Source: Moniliella sp. 'wahieum'
Lineage: Eukaryota
Direction of reading: 5' to 3'
DNA length: 64,000 nucleotides
NCBI GenBank assembly: GCA_003971905.1
Contig: RSEE01000131.1
Location: 62,001 to 126,000 of the forward strand
Under the pieces are notes generated by a model. The model did not search any database and had not been told where the DNA came from. It saw only the letters and a program-made list of their open reading frames with translations. Shown one piece after another: positions 23,126 to 34,518 of this stretch. The translations under genes and the position numbers were made by a program. Positions within the stretch are counted from its first letter, which is position 1, and each line of letters opens with the position of its first letter.

Positions 23126-24700
23126 TTATACCGGCGACGCATCCTGGCGGAGCTTGTTGATGTGTTGGTAGAACTCAACGTGGGAGGCCGCCGAGCCATG
23201 GGCGTAGATAAAGGAGGCAGCAACAAAAGCGGAAAACGCCGACCGGGCATATGCGACGGGAATCCGTTCCACCAGCGTGTCCAGTCCCACCTTTTTCCGG
23301 AGCGTGGTAGGAAAGACGTGCGCCATCACGTTCCGTCGCACCGCCTCGTCCTCGTACAAGTTGGTTGCGGCAATTTCGTCCGACAAACGCCGCCCAGCGT
23401 CGCCGCCGTCTTGCCCGTAGTAAACGACTTCCACCACGGTGCCAGGCGAGCGCGAGCATGCTCGGCACCCCAATCCATATAAAGTCGGCAGTACCTCCGT
23501 CCGGACCAAAGAAGAGAATTTCCTCCTTGCCATACAGATCGACAATCTCCTCCTTTCCCCTGGGCGTCTCGTCCTTGATGAGCGATCACCGCATCAACGT
23601 ACTTTTCAAAGCACAGCTTGGGATTGGCATCAAGGGTGGGCAGGATGGTCCCCTTAGATCCGCCCTCGGGAATGTCCTTGTTTTTCAGGTGCTGAGTCGA
23701 GGCCAGGCCCGTAGTTCTCGTCAAACAGTGTACGCTGGTTGATCGAGTAGTTTTCCTTGTTGCTCGAGCGGATGATGCGGATGCCGCCACGAGCAATGTC
23801 CGAGAACCGAACGTGAAATCCACGAAAGTCCGACCCAACGACAAAAAAGAATACGCCGTATGGCTTCACGGGGTACTCTACGTGAGGGAGGAAGCCCGGA
23901 ACCAGCTGGAAGGAGAGCGCGACTTTGGTAGGGGTGTAAAAGTTGGTCTTGAGCACGCTCTTGTTGAACGCCAACAGTGCTTCGAGCACCTGGAGCTCAT
24001 GGGTGCTACTGGTCGTCTTGCGGATACGATCGCGGATCTGAGCATCGGTGAGAACCTCTTCTTTGACGAGGCGTTGGTAAGACAGTGTCGGGACCAGTTC
24101 ATCGTCCCCGGCCCCACCGGGTATTGGATATTGGCAAAGTGAACATAGAGCAGCCGAATCAGATCCGGGTAGCGCTCCAGCACGTCTTGAACGCACTCCC
24201 GTGTAAAAGTTCCTCACGGAAGCCGTCTTGATCTCATTGAGAATCGAGGCTTGGGCCGGGTTGCATCGTCAAGAACGTTGCGCAATGCTTGTACGACTGG
24301 CCCAATCGGTTGCAAAAGTGCTGCGCAAGAGCCAACCAACGTAGGCGTAGATGGCCTCCTGGACCGCATGGCCTTCTTGCGGGTTGGTCGGGTCACCAAC
24401 CTTGAAGAAGGGTCGTCGGGCAATGCGGAGAGAAGGGACGCTTCACGTATGATCTGATGGATCGAGTTATCAATGGGTGGGTAGCCCGCAATGGGAAGAG
24501 GGTTGAGATAGGCGCACAAAATGGTAACCCCAATACTAACTGCTCCACATACTTGCGCGAGGAAAAGAGCCCGTAAAAGTGATAAAGGTTGCTAAAGCTA
24601 GAATTCGATTCGTTGCGCCTCATCGTCCGCCCTGTCGATTGCAACCCGCTCTCGGACTGGACACTCCAAAAAGATATATCCCAACGAACAAAGATGGACA
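23126..24700 (-). pseudogene. GDH2: NAD-specific glutamate dehydrogenase: large internal deletion, N-terminus missing or garbled (pseudogene or assembly defect)
   Basis: LYHFYGLFSSRKYVEQ, FNKSVLKTNFYTPTKVALSF, GSDFRGFHVRFSDIARGGIRI, KNKDIPEGGSKG, FFGPD, PWWKSFTTGK; this joins directly to the C-terminal helices at ~23388. Confidence 0.85.
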
Positions 24701-25771
24701 GGCAAGTATAACTATAGTAGGGAAGCATGACCGTAGCCATACCCCAGCAACGTCCGCCTCGTCAAAAAGGCTGGCGTAGTCTGGCGCGCAGCTCTAATAG
24801 CCATCCTTCTATTATATTTGGCCGCCTTCGGAACATAGTAATTGTTCGCAAAAGCCCTATCTGCACTACTCTAGCTACTCAAGCCGAAGCAAGCGCTCAA
24901 GCTAACCCTCCCTGTCTTACCCCTTGTGCGACATGCATGACATGTGACATGTGACAGATCATGTGTTCTAAGCTAGAGATAGGCCTAAGGCCTAAAGCTT
25001 GTAGTAGAGGTCGCTTGGCTTGCTGCGTACTATATAAAACTGACGTTCACAGGCTTTTACTCCGATAGGACGGCGATTTCCGTGTTTTTCCCGGCAGGCG
25101 GAGATTCATTCGCGAAAGAGACCTAATATACACAACCCCGCCCATCTTCGGGATCATTCATAGCAGAAACTGAAGTAGCCCGGATCCAAAGACTTGTGCC
25201 CTTTTGTGAATGATATAGGAAGGTCGCGACTGGACCTTGGGCATGTATGTTCACCAGCTATATCGGGATCGATCCAAAATATACTATAGTCCCACTGCAA
25301 GGATAACAACGGCGTGTGGTCGGGAGGGTCGACTGCAGCGGCTCCATCAGCCGGTTATGATGCTATTGTTCCTGCCACGCGGTCGATGAGCCTAGCAGCG
25401 TTTTCTCATGGCCTACCTTCTTACCCTAACAAAATCACATCAGCTCAGGTAGTACGCAAGAGAGATTTTTGGCCCATCTACGCCGGGGGGTACCCTGATT
25501 TCATGTGGGGCATCAGATGCCGTCCACCCCTCCCCCTGATGAAGTAGAGATGATCGATGAAGCCCGTATTGATCAAGGTCAGAGAGGGCCAGCCACCTCC
25601 CAGATCACACTCAACTTCTTCCACAAGCAGACACCAGGCCAGTATCCCCACCCTCTGTGGCCCACTAGTGCCACATTCTACCTTCGAATGTAGCCCTGTG
25701 TAGCCACAATGATCGCCTGCAGCTCGATGCGACGACTACTGGGCCCTAGTTACCCTGCTAGTAAGGCAGAC

Positions 25772-25980
25772 TGTAGCCGAGCAAGCCTGCCGCCTGGGGC
25801 ACTCGCCTAGTCAGGCTGTAGCCGATCCGGCTTGCCCCTGGTGCCTCCCTGACAGAGAGAGCCCTGGGCCCTTTTGTGCTCATGCCTAGTTAGTCTAGTT
25901 AGTGGTTGTATAGCCGAGCCGGCCTGCCGCTTGGGGCACTGGTCTAGTCACGGCCGAGCCGATCTGCACTGCCGCCTGAC
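25772..25980. repeat. Degenerate ~45-bp direct repeats
   Basis: TGTAGCCGAGCAAGCCTGCCGCCTGGGGCACTCGCCTAGTCA vs TATAGCCGAGCCGGCCTGCCGCTTGGGGCACTGGTCTAGTCA, plus two partial copies. Confidence 0.7.
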
Positions 25981-27129
25981 GCGCTCGTTCAGACGAACAA
26001 GTGCAACATATTTTCCATGACCGCCCTTGTCCTTTGCTCTTCCTTTGGTTTTCTCTTGTGCCCCTCCACGCCCGAAAACGGTGTCTCGCTAATGAGGCCT
26101 GTTTCCCACTCCCTCATCTTTCCCGGTTCTCCCCGTTCTGCGTTGTTTGCCAGGACAATCGTGGCTTTCCTCTACGATCCTTTGGCGTCTCCACCTCCTT
26201 CGTGGAGCCACACCCATGTAATAGTCTAGAGACAAGTCCTGACCCTCCTAATGGTTGCTTCCTGTGATACCTGCCCTTTCCAGCGCCAACAGTTCATCAC
26301 CGCCCACCGTATTCTTCCACAGCTCCCAAAAGTATGTGGCTTTTTTAGTCTCACCTTCAACCCCGGCTCCGGTCCCGGCTCCAGCTCCAATTCTGGTCAC
26401 TCAGGACTACATTCTCCTCAGAACTTCTTCCGTCCCGCCGAGTACTAATAACGGCTTCAATCACCATACTAACACTGCCTGGGCCGGCGCCCCCGCAGCC
26501 CCCTTGCCACACAAAAGCATCCGGCTCTCCGCTATATAAGCCCAGAGGCTTCCCCTTGTCCTTCGCCCTGCTCGGATTCACCAACAAGTCCAAGCATCAA
26601 CATGCCGCGACTCGACTGACCTTTCCGGCTTCCTCGAGAGTTTGTGCTCCTTAAACCCCTAGACTGGCCCCAGACTGCGGTCTACCCATGGAACCCAATT
26701 ATACAGCCACTTTTCCCAACACACTCTCCCTATCCATTGCTTTACCAACCCCCCGTTCAGGTTCGATATTAATATACTACCAATCATAACATATGCTACA
26801 CCACAGTTCTCTGTCAGCATGCTGGGTTTCCATCCACACAGCCATGAGAGTATAGCTCGTACGTCCTCATATTGTATGTGGGATCTACTATGGAACTAAA
26901 CCGTCGCAAATGATTGTTGGTAGCGAGTGGGAGAAGCAGCAGCTATACAAAAGTGTTTGCGTCAACTTCTGGATCTATGCTGCTAACTCCATCATGGCTT
27001 TCTCTCAAGTAAATTAGTGACGACAGGTTTGCATAACCTGTGCCCGACGACGGACTACTTTTGTCATAGGGCTTTCTCTCATCAGTGTGCCGATAAGGGG
27101 CCTCCTTTTCAGCCGCTTGGAGGGTTGAA

Positions 27130-27411
27130 GTGGACGCAGATATTGATTGTGGCCTGTGCCTACATTGGCTCATGAAACTAGGAGGAAAGCATCACGTCTG
27201 GCACCACACCTCCGTATTCTGTGAGCGACGCGTGTTGGGCAGCACAGCATATAAGAGGACTGCAATGGAGACTGGGGGACACGTGCTGCTCCACTTCTGT
27301 CCCCGCCAAACGTTTTCGCTATGGAAGGCTGTCGATCCTATCAGGCACAGGCCGAGGGCAGGCCGGGGAAGTGTGGGGCCGCAGAAGGAGCGGAGCGGAA
27401 TTATCGATTAG
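27130..27411 (+). mobile_element. Possible non-LTR retrotransposon remnant (C-terminal zinc-binding region)
   Basis: C...METGGHVLLHFCP...LWK resembles the ET--H-L--CP-----W motif of zf-RVT; the surrounding region lacks intact genes. Confidence 0.3.
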
Positions 27412-27956
27412 GCGGGTTAGACCAGGGACAGAGGGCGTTTGAAGCCATGGCAAGCGCAAGACGCCAAAAAACAAGAAGGAAAGGCGGCCCAGGCAGGAAT
27501 GAATTAATGAGGCGAGGTGAGCAATGGGACCTGATTAATGACTTGGCTGCGCAGGGCTGCGCTCTTTCTTCCTGTCAACTGCATGTCAACGGCATGCCGA
27601 GTGGTTGTGACTGGCGGAGTGCCAGAGTGTAGGCATGTGATACACATGCTCCACACACTGCCGCTGTGCCGCACTCGGCCTGATCGACAGGAGTGCCGTG
27701 CAGAGCGCCCAGATGCCCAGCTGCGCAGCCGCTGAGTCTCAGAAGGTCTGGGGTGGTAGGCATGGCCCGATGACCGAACAGTGACTATAGGTGACTAGGG
27801 ACCGGCGATCAGTGATCCTTCAACCATGGTATTTCAAGTCCAGCACTCTTCCGCACTGTCACTGGTCACCGCAAATCCGTCCCTTTTCTGTCCCTTCACG
27901 CCACCGCACCCTGTCGGAAGAAGCGGACCACCACCTTCCCTTCCCTCTCCTTCGCC

Positions 27957-30779
27957 ATGCTCATCCGCCCCACTGCCGTTCTCCTGGCGGCTGCCTCTCT
28001 CGTTCTGGCCACGCAACATGGCCACAACGGTCATGACGTCGCCCACCCACACGTTCTTTATCAGCACCGCGGTGTTTCCGCCAGTGTTTCTTCCTCTGTC
28101 AGCAGGAAATCCCATCGAAAGTCCCAATCCATCAGTTCCACGCGTAATACGCTCAGCCCATCCTCCCCGACGTCCTCGGCGTCCTCGAAACGCAAAAAAC
28201 ATCAATCGTTTCCTCTCCTGCTACAAATGTGTCTTCCTCTACGTCACAATCCCAGCGCAGCACACGCCCTTCAAAGAACAAGTCTTCATCAAAGTCCGTT
28301 CCTTCCCCTTCAAAGGGAAATTCAACTGCCACTCCCCCCAAGAAGCCATCGTCGACATCTTCATCCGCTTCATTGCCCCGCCCCCCAACCCATCCCAGGC
28401 CAAGGCCGCATGCGAGCAACTGCCTGCGATACTGTTACGGGGCAACGGCACCGTCGAGGTCGTTGACGCCTTTTCCTATTGGTTTGAGGCTGGTTCCAAC
28501 CCTTCACTCCAGAGATTGACAGAGATGTACCCTGCTGGGTGGGTGCCTCCCGGAACGGATGTATCAGGCATTCTCCTGGGGGTGGGACCGGATGTGGACC
28601 TGACCCAAGACAAGGGCTACGGACGTAACGGCCAGGACTACATGGTGGCCAATCAGGGGCCCCTTGGTGGCCTGCCCGCGTTTTGTCGGTACGTTTGGTC
28701 CGCCGTCTCTGTACTACATTCCTTTTTATTGACCTACTCTCTCTCGACCAGACTTGGGGCTAACATCCGTACTTCCCCTTCCACCACGGTCTTGACTGAA
28801 GTCTGGATGCCCCTGGCCGATAGCTTTGCGTACACTGGAAAGCCTATCGGCTGGCAACCGCCCAGTCGGGCCTCGGTTTCAACCAACCAAAGCGACTACC
28901 CTACCCGGTCGACGCCGTATGAGATCGACGTTGTGCGTGCCCGCCCCTTCTTGAGGTGGGGGTGGAAACAACAGTATGGCAACGCAACGGTGTATGATCA
29001 ATCCAACAGCGACACTCGCTTTGACTACCTTAAGTCGCCCGCAGGTGGAGATCTAACCTGGAGCCTCAATCCTTACCCCAACCCCTTGATGGACAAGGGG
29101 GGATGGTCGAAATGAAAAGCTGGCAAACGGGCAAGCGGAGCGACGTCTCTCCTCACAAGCGGCCCCCGGTCCTCGCGTATTCGGAAACGGCGCCTCGGTG
29201 GCTTGGAATGGCCGAATTCTCTTCCTTGCAAATGGAGGCCAACGAGGATGGGTCCCCTGGTCCGATATGAAGCAGTTCCTCAGTCGGGATCGGTTCGTTG
29301 TTTCGGGACGAATACCGGTCACTTTGCCCGTACAGGCAGTGCGTTGTGGATGAATGGACCACCTCAACACAGAGAACAAACGGCCCAAGACTGGGTTAGT
29401 CGCGCGTCCCATGTGAGCAACCTCTTGAGTCGATGGGTGGTCGACGAGTTTTACGGAAAAAGTGCAGGTGTGCGCGGTGGAACGTCACCCAAGAAGCCGC
29501 TAACCCCACCAGCACCCGTGTGCGGTCTTACTTTCTGGCTGTTCCGTGGGAGGACGCAATGCGCTGGCCTCGGCCCAAGTCTACCCCGGCGACTTTGATG
29601 GGATCTTTGCCGGCTCTCCGGCGGTTTACTTTAATCGGATGAACGCGGGCCAACTTCATCTCCAATCCGTTTTCCGCAAGTCTTCCGCGGGGAAAGGGTA
29701 CCTCCCCTTGGCCCGGCACTGGGCTGCACTGCACGAGGTGGTACTTAAGCAGTGTGGGAACGACGAAGGTATGGTGGTCAACCCAGTTAAGTGCGCGGCC
29801 ACGCTTGATCTGGGTGCAGATCTGCTGTGTGCCAGGCATAGTGCGCCACCTGGGTCCCTCTTTGCGAATGACTCCTCGCAGTGCCTAACCCCTGCCAAAG
29901 TGACCAACTTGGCACGGATGTTCCAACCGGCCGTGGTCACATCGACCGAAACGGGAGAGAACCATACGGTTTACCCGGCTTACCTCCCTGGTGCTGAGCG
30001 GGCTGTAGCCACGGCCTCTGGGTCTGAAGCAAAGGCTAGCTCTTGGTTCCAGTACGCCGTGTTCAACTTGGACGCCACCGATCCATCTTGGGACCCCTAC
30101 ACCAACTTGACCTGGGAACAGGTGCAGCAGGGCGAGACGCAGAACGTTGGTGGGACCAATGCAAATGTCGAGGTACGTACAGACTCTCCATCTGTTCATC
30201 CTTCGATGTGACTTATCCTAGAAACTGACTTTTGTCGACAAACGTTGATGTGCCCTTTCAACGCAGGACTTGACCGCCTTCTTTTCGGACCCCGGGCGCA
30301 AACTTATTCACTCCCACGGTCTTGCCGACTTAACCATCTCTCCGCTCGCCTCGCGGGAGTACCATGACGCCGTTCTTGCCCACTCTACTCATCCTTCCGG
30401 TGACCCGAACCAGAGTTACCGCTACTTCGAAGTGCCGGGTATGCTGCACTGCCGCGACGGCGATGGACCATGGCATTTCGGTTCGCCGACTCAAAACGCT
30501 CCAGGCAACCGACCTTTGAAATGGGACACGGAGCACGATGTACTTCTTCGTCTTGTGGCGTGGACGGAGATGGGACAAACGCAAGAACCAGCGTATCAAG
30601 TCGCTGCTGCGTATGCTACGCTGGGCGGCCAGACAGACGGGAACGCGCCCGCTTGGTCGAGCAACTTTAATTGGGGCACGCGGTTAACGCGCAAATTATG
30701 CCCGTACCCGACCGAACCGATTTACCAGGGTGGACCAACGACGGGTCCTCGGGCGCACGAGAGTTACATTTGCTCGTAA
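27957..30779 (+). CDS. Secreted tannase/feruloyl esterase family protein; introns 28689-28751 and 30173-30266; frameshifted
   Basis: Signal peptide MLIRPTAVLLAAASLVLA; LPAFCR, EVWMP, GCSVGGR nucleophile motif, YPGDFDGIFAGSPA, KLIHSHGLADLTISP, YRYFEVPGMLHC, RKLCPYP. Confidence 0.92.
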
Positions 30780-31839
30780 GGGTGCGTGGGTGGGTGCAAG
30801 TTGGACACATTGTTACGGGGTTTGGGTTGTAAGATGGTTTATACATGATATATCGTCTTTGCAATACTTTGTTCGAGGATAATGCGTACTGAGTTCTCAT
30901 GATTTCTTTGTCTACGACTTCGGCAGTGGTGTATTCGTTACGAACAGTCCTAAGCGAGATGGTAGGTAGGTATATAGTAGGATGGGAGAGACGGAGACAA
31001 CACCAGCGTGGGTACTTAGGTGAGCTAGCGATGCACATAACTATGTGGTGTGATCTCAGTGACCCCACTGAGTACTAAGCACTGACAATGGATACCCGAT
31101 ACGATGGATAGAGGGATGGATGGATTGAGGGATCGGGGGATTGAGACACATCAAAGGGGCGGGGGGGGGATCCAGACCAATAGCCAAAAGCGAAACAGAG
31201 AGCGAACAAGAACCACGCTCAAAAAAACCAGTTGTTTGAGCACACATCGTGTCTCTGGCACCCATGCAGCAGCCACAAGCCACATCATATGCACCATGCA
31301 CATGCACAAAAGGCATCCCACAGCCATCGTGGCCAGATGCACAATAACAAATGCCCGACGGCAAGGTGCCAGACCAGCGCTTGCCTTGAAGCTTGGTCCT
31401 ACCCCCCCCCCCTTGCACCCCGCATGACGCGTCCACGGATCCGGAACCAGCATCCGAACCCGACCCCAATCCCGCGATCCCGCGTACTGGGAACCTGCCC
31501 AGCCAACCCAGCCAACAAAGCACTGCAAAACAAAACACAATCCTAGCGTCGGTCGCGGTCCGTGGCAAGGGCAGGGGCCAAGAACATGACAACCAACACT
31601 GCATCCCCTCGTCACAAGGGCACCGTGTACGTGGATACACCGTGGCAAGAGAAGGGCGGGAGGAAGCGGGGGGGCATTCGAGTGACGAAAAGCGAAAAAC
31701 GCGGGGTACGCGCCTCATGCACTCGTGGGAAGAGGGAACCAGGGTGGGTGAAGGGCAGGGTGGAAGGAAGGATGAGAGAGAGGGAGGATGGAGAGATGGA
31801 GAGAGCGAAACAAGGGAAAAAGAATGAGGGTGGGAGAGA

Positions 31840-33111
31840 TTAAAAGTCGGCATCGTCGTACGCCGGAACGGGTGGGTCGACGTAATCCTCAATGGGCACA
31901 GTGGGGGTAAACTGGGCATCCAGGTCGGCCGGGCAGAAGCGTTGAATGCCGGTGCGGTGGCCAAGCTGCTGAGCCACTTGTCACGTCCTTGGCATTGGGC
32001 ATCGCAATGCACCGTCTCGGTAACGTTGTCCCAGTTTTCCCCGTCGTTCGGGTCGGGTTGGGCAAGACGAGCGAGCAAGGCATGGTGCCGACGCACGACG
32101 CGCGACGACGATGGCAAAGCTGGGTCCAGAGACCGCTTGGACAGGGACAGGTACCGGTAATATTTGCCCAGCGAACGCAGGTCGCCCGATTGGTAAAACA
32201 CTGCGTTCTGCGCCGACCCAAAGCTGTCGGGCGGCGTGGCCCACATGCCAAATGGGAATGCACGCTTAAGTACCCCCCGTCGATGCAAAGAACTCTGTCG
32301 CGGCAATCATGAAGGCTTTGGCTTGCGCGGCCGACGGGTTGGAGGAAGAGGTGACACCGTACTCGGTGATCCAGATGCTCTTGTCGGGGAAACGCGAGTG
32401 GATGCCTTCAACATACTTCTTCAACTTATCGATCGACTGCCAGCTGCCGTAGTCTGGTAGTCACAACCAAGCAGTAACGGGAGGAGGGGTCAGTCATCGG
32501 AAAAGAGTAGGGGGGAGGGGAGGAAGAGAGAGACAGAGAGAGAGAGGGGGGAAAAGGACGTACAGTGGGCCGCATAATCATAGTATCCACCGCGGTTGTT
32601 GAGCGACTGGGTAAACTGCTCGAGCCAGTCCACGTTCCAGCAAATCTGAGGGGAAGAAATGTGGGTGCCGTATTGGCGCAGCGGGGCCAACTCGCGCTGG
32701 AAGGCAGCAGCGGCATCTTGGGGCGAGTAGTTGGACTGGGACTCGACGTCAGGTTCGTTGTAGGCCAAGAGGAACGGGTAGCGGTACTTGGGGAACAAGC
32801 CGCGCAGACGAGGCCAGTCCTGGTTCTTCTTGTACCCCCACCGGGTGGGCACGAATTGCAGGCCCGACTTGGACAGCTGGGGCACGTGGCCCATCTGGTG
32901 TGCGACGGAGAGGAGAGGAGCGAGGTTAGTAATCGGGGTGCGGGCCAGGGGCGGGGACGTACCTCCCAGTGGTGGTAGCTGTTAACGAGGGGAGAGCCGA
33001 TGAGCTGGTGGGCCCATTGGTTGTCGGCCGCCCAGGCGAGGCCGAGGTGGAAGGCGCTGGCGGACTGGGCCAGGACAAGGAGGGTGGCGAGAGACAAAGA
33101 GGGAGCTTCAT
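31840..33111 (-). CDS. Secreted glycoside hydrolase family 128 (beta-1,3-glucanase-like); introns 32454-32563 and 32895-32962
   Basis: Signal peptide; LGLAWA, QFVPTRWG, LLAYNEPD (acid/base Glu), AAH-YGS, KSIWITEYG (nucleophile Glu). Confidence 0.88.
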
Positions 33112-34187
33112 TGGAAAGACGGGTGGGGTGGGGGGGCTGAGAGACGGTGTTGGGTGGCAGGGGGCGTCAACCAGGACGCAGAGGGCAGGTGGTGAGGAGA
33201 GGGGGGGAGGCAACTCGCAGAGCTGGGTGGGGTGGAGGAGGAGGAGGTGGTGGTGGTGGGGATGGGAGAGGGGAAGAGGAGTAATGCGGTGCCAAGGGGC
33301 AGCCTGCCTGCATCCTCCTCCTGAGGGTTACGCTTAGCGCTTACAGCTTACGGGCCGGTTACTAACATGCATCACATGAGGCCCCCCGTTGCGCTGCCTA
33401 AGGATGGGTGATCGATGATCGGCGACGCGCAAGCGGCGATCAACACGCGCAGCACACACACAGGCGCCGTGCCCTGTCCCGCCGCGTGCTGGGTCTTCCA
33501 TCGGTGACTACGACTAGGTGACTGCAAACCGCCCCAAAAGGAAGGAGGGATGGGCCGGCGGGGGGGCAGTGTGCCCTGCGCGGATCCACCGGCGTGCCAA
33601 GCGAGTGACGTATTGGAAGTACGTGCCCGGCCGGCGGCTCGGACGGAGTGCGTAGTGCTGACTCAGGCAGGCAGAGACATGCGGTCATGCGGTGGGCCGA
33701 CGGCTGCCCCCGTCCCAGGGGGATGGACACTGCGCGGGTGCTGGGGATGGCGACACTGCCCGGGACCCGTGCCGATGCGGGCTGGCGTGGGGGCAGTGGC
33801 TGCGCCTGCCAGGGCGCAAATCCAGCCAGGGTCGCTGGTCGTTCGGCGGCGCCGCGCGCCGTGCCCGATGCGCCCAGCTTGCGTGCCCTGCCAAGGCCGC
33901 CAGCGTGGAAGCTGCACGCAAGCTGCGGCATGCACGTCTGCCGAATCAGGCAGGTGCCGCACTGCGCCCCGCAGGCTGCTGGGCATGCGCGGCATCACCC
34001 ATCCCAATGGCTCAGCCACTGCATCCACCCACGTCCCAGGTCGCCTGATGCAGATGTGACAAGTCTACATCACCTGTGATATGTGCCAGTCACACTGGTG
34101 CGGCCCAACGCTAGTCGGTGGGCGTGCCTAATGCCTTCGGTTGAGAGCACTGATGCATGATGCATGCATTAAACGTCACATGACGCG

Positions 34188-34484
34188 TCACGTGGCCTGG
34201 GCGTGCTGGGCTGCAGGCGCTGACTGGGTGCGGCTGGCGTCACGTGCCGCCTGCACCGACGCGTCCCACTCGTCGCGGCTGACTGCGCGGCGCGACACGA
34301 GCTGCAGCGCGCGGCCAGCGACGCGCCCAGCCACGCCACATCGTACTCGGCACAGCCGGCGCCGACCCCGCCGTGCTCGGCGGCACTGGCGGCCACACCA
34401 CACCCCGTCCACCCTCCGTAGCGTCTCCCTCGTCTTGTCCTTGGTCGTGGTCTTGCTCATGGGCTTGGTTGTGGTTGTGGTTGT

Positions 34485-34518
<34 letters not shown>

